A stretch of 64,000 nucleotides of DNA, from contig CAVZJB010000009.1 of the NCBI GenBank assembly GCA_963775425.1, positions 1 through 64,000 on the forward strand. The letters are read 5' to 3'. Made by a program: the position numbers and the translations under genes. The stretch comes from an uncultured delta proteobacterium. GTDB taxonomy: Bacteria > Myxococcota > UBA727 > VGSZ01. The notes below the pieces were generated by a model. That model saw only the letters and a list, made by a program, of their open reading frames with translations. It did no database searches and was not told the DNA's origin. This document shows, piece after piece, positions 48,542-58,254 of this stretch (its first letter is position 1; each line of letters starts with the position of its first letter).

Positions 48542-50641
48542 ATGAAAGCGACCGAAGCGAAGCTTCTCGAGTTCCTCAAGAAGTCGCCACAGTTCCTGAT
48601 CCCGATCTACCAGCGCACCTACAGCTGGACGGAGAAGGAGTGCCGCCAGCTTTGGGATGACGTCCTGCGCGCGGGGCGGCGTGACGACGTGAACGCGCAC
48701 TTCGTCGGCTCCATCGTCTACGTCGAGAAAGGTCTCTACAACGTCTCGAGTCAATCGCCGTTGCTCGTCATCGACGGGCAACAGCGCCTGACCACGATCT
48801 CGGTGCTCATCGAGGCACTTGCGCGAACGCTGGGCAACACCGAACCTCTCGAGGGATTCTCGGCGAAGAAGCTGCGCAACTACTACCTCCTGAACCCGCT
48901 CGAGGAGGGCGAGCGTCGCTACAAGCTCGTGCTCTCCCAGACCGACAGGACCTCACTCATCGCGCTCCTCGATCAGGCGCCCGCGCCGAAAGAGGTGTCG
49001 GTCCGCATCGACGCGAACTTCAAGCTCTTCACCGAGTGGCTGGAAGGAGCAAAGGATGAGCTACCCGCGGTCTGCAAGGGGCTCGCGAAGCTGGTGGTCG
49101 TGGACATCAGTCTGAACCGGGACCACGACAACCCTCAGCTCATCTTCGAGAGCCTCAACTCCACCGGCAAGGAGCTGAGCCAAGCCGATCTCATCCGCAA
49201 CTTCATCCTCATGGGGCTCGAGCCTCAACTCCAGACCCGGCTCTACGAGCAGTACTGGCGGCCGATGGAGGTCGACTTCGGTCAGGAGGGTTACGCGACG
49301 CACTTCGACAGCTTCATGCGCCACTACTTGACGGTAAAGACCGGCGAGATCCCGAACGTCCGCGAGGTCTACGACGCGTTCAAGAGCTACGCGCGCGCGC
49401 CCGGCGCAGCAACAGTCGAAGCCATCGTCGCCGACATCCGCGCCTTTGCCCGGTACTACTGCGCCATGGCACTCGCGGGCGCGGAGCCCGATGCGGACCT
49501 CAAGGAGGTCTTCCACGACATCCGCGAGCTGAAGGTCGACGTCGCGTTTCCGTTCCTCCTCGACCTCTACAACGACTATTCGAAGCAGAGCCTCGCGAAG
49601 GCTGACTTGGTCAAGATCGGGCGCCTCATCGAGAGCTACGTGTTCCGTCGCGCAGTGTGCGCCATCCCGACGAACTCGATGAACAAGACCTTCGCGCAGT
49701 TCACGAAGACCGTGAAGAAGGACCGCTACCTCGAAAGTGTGCAGGCCGCGTTCCTGCTTCTCCCCTCGTACCGGCGGTTCCCGAACGACGATGAGTTCAA
49801 GCGGGATCTGCGAGCGAAGGATCTCTACAACTTCCGCAGCCGCAGCTACTGGCTCCGGCGGCTCGAGAACCACGACCGTAAAGAGCGAGTCCCGGTCGAT
49901 GAGTACACGATCGAGCACATCCTTCCGCAGAACCAGAACCTGTCTGACAAGTGGCGCGCCGACCTCGGTGCCGATTGGGCCGCCGTGCAGGAGAAGTACC
50001 TGCACACGCTCGGGAACCTCACGCTCACCGGCTACAACTCCGAGCTGAGCGACCGGCCTTTCCTCGAGAAACGCGACATGAAGGGCGGCTTCGCCGACAG
50101 CCCGCTCCGCGTGAACCAAGGACTCGGCAAGCTCGACTTCTGGAACGAAGTCACCATCCAGCAGCGCGCGGAAAAATTGGCCGCGACAGCAGCCACGGTG
50201 TGGGCGGCTCCCAAGCTCGAGGCGGCGGTCCTCGATGGTTACAAGCCAAAGCCCGTCGCCGCTGTCGGCTACACGATCGACGATCACCCGCAGCTGGCGC
50301 CTGGTCCGATGCGGACCCTCTTCGAGGCGTTCAGCAAGGAAGTGCTCGCACTCGATCCGTGCGTCAGGCTGGAGTTCCTGAAGCTGTACGTCGCGTTCAA
50401 GGCCGAGACGAACTTCGTGGACGTGATCCCGCAAGCGAAGCGGCTGCTCCTCTCGTTGAACGTGAGCATCGGCGACATCAACGACCCGAAGGGCGCTTGC
50501 AGGGACGTCTCAGGGCTCGGACGCTGGGGGAACGGTGACGTCGAGGCGGAGCTCAAGACGCCTGCCGAGTTGCCGTACATCATGGGCCTCGTGCGGCAGG
50601 CGCTCGAGAAGCAGCTTGGCGAGGGGAGCGACGGGGAGTGA
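48542..50641 (+). CDS. GmrSD-like type IV restriction protein (DUF262 + DUF1524 HNH + DUF5655-like tail)
   Basis: IPIYQRTYSW, IDGQQRLTT, IFESLN, IEHILPQ, LGNLTL. Confidence 0.9.
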   Translation: MKATEAKLLEFLKKSPQFLIPIYQRTYSWTEKECRQLWDDVLRAGRRDDVNAHFVGSIVYVEKGLYNVSSQSPLLVIDGQQRLTTISVLIEALARTLGNTEPLEGFSAKKLRNYYLLNPLEEGERRYKLVLSQTDRTSLIALLDQAPAPKEVSVRIDANFKLFTEWLEGAKDELPAVCKGLAKLVVVDISLNRDHDNPQLIFESLNSTGKELSQADLIRNFILMGLEPQLQTRLYEQYWRPMEVDFGQEGYATHFDSFMRHYLTVKTGEIPNVREVYDAFKSYARAPGAATVEAIVADIRAFARYYCAMALAGAEPDADLKEVFHDIRELKVDVAFPFLLDLYNDYSKQSLAKADLVKIGRLIESYVFRRAVCAIPTNSMNKTFAQFTKTVKKDRYLESVQAAFLLLPSYRRFPNDDEFKRDLRAKDLYNFRSRSYWLRRLENHDRKERVPVDEYTIEHILPQNQNLSDKWRADLGADWAAVQEKYLHTLGNLTLTGYNSELSDRPFLEKRDMKGGFADSPLRVNQGLGKLDFWNEVTIQQRAEKLAATAATVWAAPKLEAAVLDGYKPKPVAAVGYTIDDHPQLAPGPMRTLFEAFSKEVLALDPCVRLEFLKLYVAFKAETNFVDVIPQAKRLLLSLNVSIGDINDPKGACRDVSGLGRWGNGDVEAELKTPAELPYIMGLVRQALEKQLGEGSDGE

Positions 50642-51884
50642 CGAACGCCGGCGATTCGCCGAAGCAAGGCCCGCCGGTTGAGGCACTCGGTGCTCGCGGC
50701 ATGGTCCGCGCCCACAACCCCATCACGGTGTTCGCCGCACTGGGGCCCAACCCTGCTCCGCTTGCAGAGCTGATCTGGGGCCTCCACCGCCGTGGCCAGG
50801 TTGCCGGGGATCTCTTCTTGGTCGTGGACCCGCGAGGGCACGACTACTTGCATAGGGAGCTCTTGGGTTCGCATCTCGTCCTCGACGAGCTCCGGCAGTT
50901 GCTCAACATCGATCTTGGTCCGGAGAAGATCCACGAGCGCGTCGTTGAAGGTCCGGCAGGCACGGTCCTCGACGACGAAGACCCCACGCACGCCGAGCTC
51001 TACAACGCGGCGACCTGGGAGGTCGCGAGAGAGGCGACCGCGCACGCCGGGGCGCGCCCCGTCGTGTTCGGGCTCGCTGCTGGTCGCCGGCGCACGATGA
51101 CGGCGATGTCAACGATGGCGTTTCAGCTCCTCGCGCGGGAGCACGACACTTGCGTCGACGTCCGGGTCGACGACAAACGCGCCGAGGGCGGCTCCGGCTT
51201 CTACTTCCCTGACCAGCAACAGCAAACGCTGGTCTCAAAAGCCGGAGTCCCGTTCGTCGCCCGTGAGGTCGGCGTTCACCTTGTGGATGTCCACCTTCCC
51301 CGACTTCGATCGCTGCTACCGGATGAGGCCTTCGCGACGTACTCGTCCGCGCTCACCGCAGGGCAGAAGGCCGTCGACGCGGCCGTGCCGCCGAAGCTCG
51401 TCGTGGACCTCCCTCACGAAGTTGTGCTCATAGATGGCCTTCCCCTGAAGCTCTCTGCTGCGGAGCTGCATTTGGTACGCCACGCTGGCGCTTGCTCGAC
51501 GTCGAGGCGATGGATGGGTTGCAGGCAATGACATCATGGCGGTGAAGACGGTGGCGGCCGCGTGCGCGAAGGCGTTCGCTTGGCCTGAGCTCGCTGTGAA
51601 GAACGCGACCCTTGCGGCGTACATCAAGGGGACGGAGCCGAAGGGCAAGGGAAAGCACGGAAAGGGAGCGACGTCAGAAAAGGAGATCGCCACAGATTCT
51701 CAGCAAGCTCCGCTCGGACACGGCGAAGCACGTCAGGTCGTGGTGCGCGAAAGGCCACCCCGCCTGGAGCGCTTGGATCGTCCCGCAGGCCACGCGGCGA
51801 CACGTCGACGGGCCGCTCGTCCACTTCCAGCGCATTCCGCTCGAGTCGAGCCGCATCGAGGTGCTCGGCCTTCCTGGGCAGTAA
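50638..51884 (+). CDS. NE0113/Csm6-like CARF protein with C-terminal wHTH-like region (two frameshifts, near 51470 and 51695)
   Basis: LGPNPAPLAELIW...LAAGRRRTM...QLLARE..D...V...GFYFP...V.LVDV.LPRLR. The start may be 50701. Confidence 0.75.
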
Positions 51885-51954
51885 CCTTACGTTGGCCCTG
51901 GGTGCCGCCGCTTCCTGGTTTGCTGACCATCAACAGCAAACAAAGGAAGAACAG

Positions 51955-52216
51955 ATGACCATCAAGACCTCAGACAGCCACCCGCTCTACGCCACGACCA
52001 TCGACGACTCCCAGCCGGGGCACGTGCTCCTCACCATGGCCCCCGGAAAGCAGTGCGCCGGCGCCTATGCCGGCGGCTTCTGGAAGCGCGATGTGCAGAA
52101 GGACCTCGACCAGCTCGTCTCCGCGTACAACGCCGGGATGCTCGTGTGCCTCCTGGAGGACCACGAGCTGAGCTCGCTCAAGATTCCGACGCTCATCGCG
52201 GAGGCTAGCAAGCGGA
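51955..52216 (+). pseudogene. CDKN3-like dual-specificity phosphatase, 3'-truncated
   Basis: KTSDSHPL...TMAPGK...W.RD...DL...LVCLLEDHEL..L; ends at an IS66 terminus before the CX5R motif. Confidence 0.75.
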
Positions 52217-52284
52217 GTATGCGGCCGGCGAACCACGTCTGGACGCGAGCTGCGGCGACTGCCAGCGTGGGCGGGGGCGGCGTG
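52217..52284 (-). mobile_element. IS66 right-end remnant
   Basis: Reverse complement of 7784-7850, near identical. Confidence 0.88.
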
Positions 52285-52413
52285 TGAACGGCGTCAACTA
52301 CCTGTGCCGGGTGGCGACAACTACCTGTGCCGGTCGTTGCCAGGGTAAACGGCCTCCGCGGCGACCGCGCGGCAGCCAAGGTGAGCGCCTTCAGAACCGG
52401 TCGCGCGCCCATA

Positions 52414-53233
52414 TCAACCTCCGTCCGTAGCGCCGCCGGAGTTCTCGTCGCCAGCGCTCTTGCCCTTAGCTGCTGCCTTTCGTCGCTCGGCCACCTCGCC
52501 GCGGTACGTCTTGACCTCCGCGAACTCCAAGATCACCGAGTGGTGCACGACGCGGTCGATGGCTGCTGCCGTGGTCATCGGGTCCTTGAAGATCCTGTTC
52601 CACTCCGAGAACACCAAATTCGAGGTGATCAGCATCGAGCGCCGCTCGTACCTCTCGGCCATCAACGTGAAGAGCACGTCGACCTCGTCGGGGCTCTGCT
52701 GGACGTAGCCGATGTCGTCGAGGATAAGGAGCTCGAAGACGTCGAGCGCCCGGAGAGCCCTGCTGAGCTTCAGGTCCCGCTTGGCGGCGAGGAGCTCCTG
52801 CACCAACTTGAACGTCGGCGTGAAGAGCACCGAGTGGCCCTGGCTGACGAGCGCGTGCCCGAGTGCCGCAGCGGCATGACTCTTCCCGACGCCGGGCAGG
52901 CCGAAGCAGAGCGCGTTGTCACAGCGCTCGAGGAAGGCGCCCTTGGCGAGCTCTTTCACCTTGGCCGCGAGCTGCTTCGGGAACCGCGACAGATTCGAGC
53001 GTGTCGAGCGTCTTGCCCGGCGGCAGGCGCGACGCCCGTCGCAACCGGTCGACGCGCCGCTCACGCCGATCGCCGGCCTCAAGCTCGAACAGCTCAAGCA
53101 CGAGGCCGAGAACGTCGCCGTGACCCGCGTCGACGAAGCGGGGCCCGAGCTGCTCCGCGAGCGTCGGGAGCTTGAAGGTGATGCAGAGCTCGGCCAGGCG
53201 TTCGAGCACGTCGGTGGGCTTCTTCGTCGTCAT
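52414..53233 (-). CDS. istB: IstB ATPase (frameshift near 52990)
   Basis: GLPGVGKSH, LILDDIGY, AAAIDRVVHHS. Confidence 0.88.
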
Positions 53234-54726
53234 GCCGCACCTCCCGCCAGGAGCGCGTCGTACACGGCGAGGTCCGGCTTGAGCGGCGCCATCTCGGGAA
53301 TCGACGGCGTCTCCGGTTTCACGCGCGCCTTGACGGCGGCGTAGTCGAAGCGCTTGCCCTCCGCGAGCAACTCCACGAGGGCCGCCTCGACCGTGCACTC
53401 CATCGTGCTCGCCGCCAAGTGCAGCACGCGCACGTACTCGATGTCGGCGCGTTCGCCATGCGTCGACGTGAGCGCGTCGTAGGTGCGGCGGAACACCAAC
53501 GTCGGGAAGAGCTCCTCGCGATAGCGGTAGCGGGCGAACGCGCCGGGTTTCTTCACCAGCGACCAGATGACGTGGCGGTAGTCGATGCGGGCGGTCTTGT
53601 CTCCGCGCAGCCGCGGCATCGTCTGCACGAGCCGCCCCCGGTAATAGACCTCGACGACGTCGGCGTACTGCCGCGCTTCTACTTGGTGGCCGATCATCCT
53701 CGAAGGCACCGAGTAGATGCGTTTGTTGACGCTGATGGTGCTCCAGCAGCGAACCGCCGGCGTCCACGTCGTGTAGTCCGGCACCCTGGTCGACGGCAGC
53801 GGCAGGAGGTGCTCACGCTCCATCGCGAGCCGATCGGCGATCTTGTCGTTGTGCGTCTCGTCGACGACGCTGCGGGCGAACGACAGGTATGCGGCCGCGC
53901 TCTCGAAGTCGCGGCTTCCTCGCAACACAAGGGCCTGGGCGAGCGCCGACTTGGTGCGGTTGTGGCGCTGCTCGACGCCGCCGTTCTCGTTCGAGTTGCC
54001 GGGCGTGATGCGCGTCGATGTCATGCCCCAGTGGTCGAGGACCGCCTTCCAGCGCTCCGTCAGCTTGCGCCCTCCGCCCTTCAGCTCATGCGTCGCCGCT
54101 GACAAGTTGTCCGAGCGCGCGATCGCCGGCCGCGCCCCCAGCGCGCACAGCGCGTCCTGGAAGCCCTTCACCAGCGCCTCGAACGTCTCGCTGAACGCGA
54201 GCCCGATCGCCGTCCACGTCGAGAACGACAGCACGAGCTCGAACAGCAGGTGCGGGAACGGCTCCCCCTGGATCGTGACGCCGAGCTCGTTGCAGTTGGT
54301 GAAGTCGAGCGCCGCCTCGCGCCCCGGCGGGTGCTCCTGCTGGAAGAACACCTCCTGCTCGGGCCCATAGAGCGCCCGCCACTCCCGGATGCGGCGCTGC
54401 AGCGTGCGCACCTGGCCGTCGTCGAACTTCGCCTCGCCTTCCTTTCGCTCCTTGTTGAGCGCGTCGAGGAGCATTGTCGCCTCCAGCACGCGCTCCTTGT
54501 CGTCGACGAGGAGCGGCACGACCTTCGACTCCCACACCCCCTCGAATGGATCCTTCCGCGTCCGCCAAGCTCGGGGTCTCTTGCCCTCGGACGGCAACGG
54601 GCCCTCTTGCCAGTTGCGCGCCGAGCGCTCGCTCATCGCCGCCGCTGCCGCGGCCGCTTCCTGCGTCTTGCCTTCCATCAGTTTCCGCCTCAACAACCTG
54701 ACCTGCTCGTCCGTGATGGGCTTCAT
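53230..54726 (-). CDS. istA: IstA DDE transposase
   Basis: WRTRKDPF, RTLQRR, LDFT, SDNLSAA, NENGGVE, YSVPSR. Confidence 0.92.
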   Translation of the reverse strand: MKPITDEQVRLLRRKLMEGKTQEAAAAAAAMSERSARNWQEGPLPSEGKRPRAWRTRKDPFEGVWESKVVPLLVDDKERVLEATMLLDALNKERKEGEAKFDDGQVRTLQRRIREWRALYGPEQEVFFQQEHPPGREAALDFTNCNELGVTIQGEPFPHLLFELVLSFSTWTAIGLAFSETFEALVKGFQDALCALGARPAIARSDNLSAATHELKGGGRKLTERWKAVLDHWGMTSTRITPGNSNENGGVEQRHNRTKSALAQALVLRGSRDFESAAAYLSFARSVVDETHNDKIADRLAMEREHLLPLPSTRVPDYTTWTPAVRCWSTISVNKRIYSVPSRMIGHQVEARQYADVVEVYYRGRLVQTMPRLRGDKTARIDYRHVIWSLVKKPGAFARYRYREELFPTLVFRRTYDALTSTHGERADIEYVRVLHLAASTMECTVEAALVELLAEGKRFDYAAVKARVKPETPSIPEMAPLKPDLAVYDALLAGGAA

Positions 54727-54833
54727 GGGGCCGCCTCCGCGGCTCCTCAGCAGATCACGGGCTCACGCCGTCAGGGCGGCAAAACCGGCACCGGTAATTG
54801 TCGTCGAGCGGCACTGGTAGTTGTCGTTCATCA

Positions 54834-56518
54834 AGCGGTCCTTGTCCTTCGTCTTCTTGTCTGTGAGCGCGCTCCGCGCGTGCGCGAAGAGCGCCGCGTT
54901 CGGCGCGTCGAGGTAGAGGTTGCGGTTCTGCTTGCCCGCGGCGAGCCCGAGCTCTCTCCGAATGATGTCGGCCTCGTGGTAGTGGACGCCGTAGCGGCAC
55001 ACCATCAGCGTCATCGCGAGGACCAGCTCGCCGACGTCCAGACGCGCCGCCGCCACGAGGGCCGCTTCTCGCACGGCGCGCGCTTCGTAGATGCGCTGGT
55101 CACGCCGCTCCTGTTCCCGCTTCCACGCGCCGTCGTCGTTCTGGGCTCGACTGTGGGCGGGAGATCCGGGCAGTGGCGCCTCGCGCAGTGGACGCATCAC
55201 CTTGTGTGCATCCTTGTGGCCGAGGTCCCACAGCGCAGTCGCGAGGTCCGCTTGGGTGATCAGCCGGCGGGCGTGACCGTCCCTGTCGAGCGTGACGCGA
55301 ATGGAGGGGTGCCCGATGCCGATGACGTCGGCCCATGTCTTGGTCGGCTCTTCGGGTTCTGCTTCGAAGTCGTCCGGGAGCTCAGCGAGCTCGTGGTCTT
55401 CGAGGTATGCGCCGGCGCGGAGGTTCCACTGATCGAGCGCCGCCTTGTGCGCGGCCCGCTCGGGGAACACGGCGTCGATGGCGTGCTCGCGCTCAGCGGT
55501 CGTCGCGTGGTGCTGCCGCTTGATCGCCCACTCGAGGTGGTGCTCGACGTCGATCCACCCGTCGACGGGTTCGCCGCCGAAGCTCCAGAGCGTCTTCGCC
55601 TCTTTCGGGTCGATGACGTCCTGTCCCTTCTCGAAGGCGGCGGCGAGATTCTCTGTCGGCTTGCACGGTAACCTTGCCTTCCCAGCAGCCGGCGTCGAGG
55701 CACGCGTCATGCGAGTCGGTGTCGCCGATCTGGAACAGCTGCGCCTGCGCATGCGTGCGCTTCCCGCAGGAGAGGCAAGAGCCCGCTGACGAGACCAGGT
55801 CGGCGTCATCGAGCACCCACCGCGCGTGCATCAGCTTCCTCGATCCGAGCAGGATGAAGTGATCGACCTCGCGGTGGCTCAGCACGGCTCCCTCCTCGAT
55901 GAGGAACTCGTAGCGGGTTCGGATCGCCTTCAGCGCTTGATGCTGCGCCTTCTCGTCGACGCGGGCGAAGAGCAGGGCCGACCGGATCTGGAGGTTGCCG
56001 CGGCGTAGGAACTCCTGGACGTCGGCGATGAGCTCGGTGAGCTTGAGGCGCTGGTAGACGTGCGCTTCGGAGCGCCCGACGTCGCCGGCGATCTGGGCAG
56101 CGGAGAGGCCGTGCTCGTCGCGCAGCTGCCGGTAGCTCTCGGCCTCCTCCAGCGGCGGGACGTCCGCGCGCTGGCCGTTCTCGACGAGCATGACCTTGAG
56201 CGCCGTGGCGTCGTCCATCTCCTTCACCACGACCCGGAACGTGGACACCCCGGCGTTCGTGCACGCGCGGAAGCGCCGGTGCCCCGCGACGAGCTCCAGC
56301 GCTCCGGGCTCCGTCGGGTGCGGGCGCGCGAGGCCGGGCACGATCTGTCCCATCTGGGCAATCGACGCCGCGAGTTCTTCGAGCCCATCGAAGGTCTTGC
56401 GCGGGTTCCGCGGGTTCTCGCGCAGCACGGCGAGCGGAACGACGCGGTAGTCGGCCTGCGCATCATCTTTGCGCGGCTTGTGCTTGGTCCTCTTCTCGGC
56501 TCCGACGCTCGACATCAC
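54834..56518 (-). pseudogene. ParB/RepB/Spo0J-family protein with Cys-rich region; frameshift near 55670; 3' end cut by IS21
   Basis: NPRKTF, LAASI, VAGHRRFRA, ENGQRAD..PLEEA, CLSC...CLD..C. Confidence 0.85.
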
Positions 56519-56600
56519 GGCCTCCTTCGGTTCATGTGCGGAGGGATTCGGGTCCTCCGCTTCAACGGCTGAAGCGGGGACCCGATGAAACGGGCCAGGG

Positions 56601-57026
56601 TCACGGCCACTCGACGCCGCGGATGCAGCAGCGCAGGACGACGTCTCGCGCGGCGTCGGTGTCGTCGCGGACGGTGCGGCAGGTGTCGCAGCGCTCGATG
56701 TTGAAGCTGCCGTCGCTCTCCTCGTTCATCCACAACCAGCCTGGGCAGAAGCACTCCCGCTCGCCCGTCGCCTTCCAGTGCGCCTCGATTGCGCCGTAGT
56801 CGTGCGCCCACGACGCGCGGATCTCATGCGCGGCGTCGCAATCGGAGCAGATGGCGTAGGTACGGTCGTTGTCGACGGCGCGCTTGCACAGGAAGCACTT
56901 GGCGCGCGGCGGCGCTGTCGAAGTTCGGTCGCGCTCCGATGGCGGGTTCGCCGTCGGGAGACCGAACACCGTTCCGAAGAACTTGCCTCCGCGTGCAGGG
57001 CGAAGCCGAGTCTCACGTTTCACCAT
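56601..57026 (-). CDS. Cys-rich hypothetical protein
   Basis: CFLC, CSDC, CFC, CDTC; GGAGG RBS. Confidence 0.55.
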   Translation of the reverse strand: MVKRETRLRPARGGKFFGTVFGLPTANPPSERDRTSTAPPRAKCFLCKRAVDNDRTYAICSDCDAAHEIRASWAHDYGAIEAHWKATGERECFCPGWLWMNEESDGSFNIERCDTCRTVRDDTDAARDVVLRCCIRGVEWP

Positions 57027-57310
57027 GACCTCCGGCGGCTCTGTGCCGCGCTGGCGGAGCAGAGAGCCGCCGGCGGTGGCGTAGGACGCGCGGCGATGAC
57101 GTCCGCTGCAACGTCGACGAGCGCGGCCGCGAAGATAACTCCGTCGTCGGAGTAGAGATCGAAGGCGTCGGCGGCGCGTTTCGCGAGCGACACTGCGAAG
57201 ACGTAACCAGTGAGTGGGTCCCTCACGTCGGGGAGCACGCGCAGCATAAAGCTCCTCACGAGGGGGCTGCGCGCAAGCTCCTCCACGTCGATGTTGGTCC
57301 GGCGTTCCAT
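57020..57310 (-). CDS. Hypothetical protein
   Basis: MERRTNIDVEEL...; GAGGA RBS; overlaps the next gene. Confidence 0.5.
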   Translation of the reverse strand: MERRTNIDVEELARSPLVRSFMLRVLPDVRDPLTGYVFAVSLAKRAADAFDLYSDDGVIFAAALVDVAADVIAARPTPPPAALCSASAAQSRRRSW

Positions 57311-57411
57311 GGCTTCCTCCGCTCGCGCCGTCGTGGCGCTCACTTGCGGAGCGCCGACGGCGCGGCGGCGACGCCGCGCGGCCCGAATGGGCCGCGCGCG
57401 GCCGACGGGAG

Positions 57412-57663
57412 TCACGCGGCAAGCGGCGTGTGGTCGAGCTGATCGTCGAGGAGCTGGGCATGCATGCGGTAGTAGCTGCGCTCCTCCGCCGCCATCTCCT
57501 CGAAGAGCGCGACGACGTTCGGGAGCGGCATCACCTTGAGCGCGTCGCGCATGTAGCGCGCTGTGTCTTCGGCGCGCCAGCCGAAGAGCTCGAGCTCGTC
57601 CTTGATGTTCGCGAGCTTATACTTGAGCGCAATCGATTCGCTGTTCGTGGTCGAGGTCTTCAT
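57412..57663 (-). CDS. Small helical hypothetical protein
   Basis: MKTSTTNS...; AGGAG RBS. Confidence 0.55.
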   Translation of the reverse strand: MKTSTTNSESIALKYKLANIKDELELFGWRAEDTARYMRDALKVMPLPNVVALFEEMAAEERSYYRMHAQLLDDQLDHTPLAA

Positions 57664-58049
57664 GTTCTGTCTCCTCGAGGGGCGTTGTCCGTTGGGCCCC
57701 TCTCGAAGACCCGGTCGAGGGGCCCAGCGGCACAACGAGCGACGACGGCGAGACGGGCGCCGGCGTCGAGGCGACGGGCGTGACGGGCCTCGTCCGCGAG
57801 GAGCGCAGCGTCCCGGCGCGACCGTTGCCGCTGACGACCAGGCCGGCCGTCGGCGGCGTGGCCGTCGATGGAGACCAGAGGAGCGCTAGCGCTTCGGCAG
57901 TGGCTTAGACGACGATTGAGGGATGGGACGGCGTTCGGACGCGCTCTGGCGCCCTTGACGGAATTTCTGCGACCTCGGGCGTGCTCGGCAGTCGTCGCCC
58001 GCGGCGACACTCTCCGACGCGCCAACAGGGCGCAGAAGGAAGAAGGCAC

Positions 58050-58211
58050 ATGCCCCGCTCGAAGGACGATGACGATCATCGCGCGAACCAACTGAACCCG
58101 AACAACGACGCCTACTGGCAGTCGCGCGGCGAAGACGAGAAGCCAGACGACTGGGAGGAGCGCGTGGAGAGCCAGGAGAGCATCACCAACAACACGAGCA
58201 GCGAGAGCTGA
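58050..58211 (+). CDS. Small acidic protein with ANQLNPNNDAYWQSRG motif
   Basis: 53 aa, GAAGG RBS, composition unlike a shadow ORF. Confidence 0.6.
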   Translation: MPRSKDDDDHRANQLNPNNDAYWQSRGEDEKPDDWEERVESQESITNNTSSES

Positions 58212-58254
58212 GAGAAAGGAGGTCCCGCCGGCGGAGACGCCGGCGGGGTCTTCA

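Larger units (their letters stand above)
52285..54833 (-). mobile_element. IS21-family element 2
   Basis: IRs TGAACGGCGTCAACTACC / TGATGAACGACAACTACC with internal repeats; istA-istB; flanks not duplicated. Confidence 0.9.
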
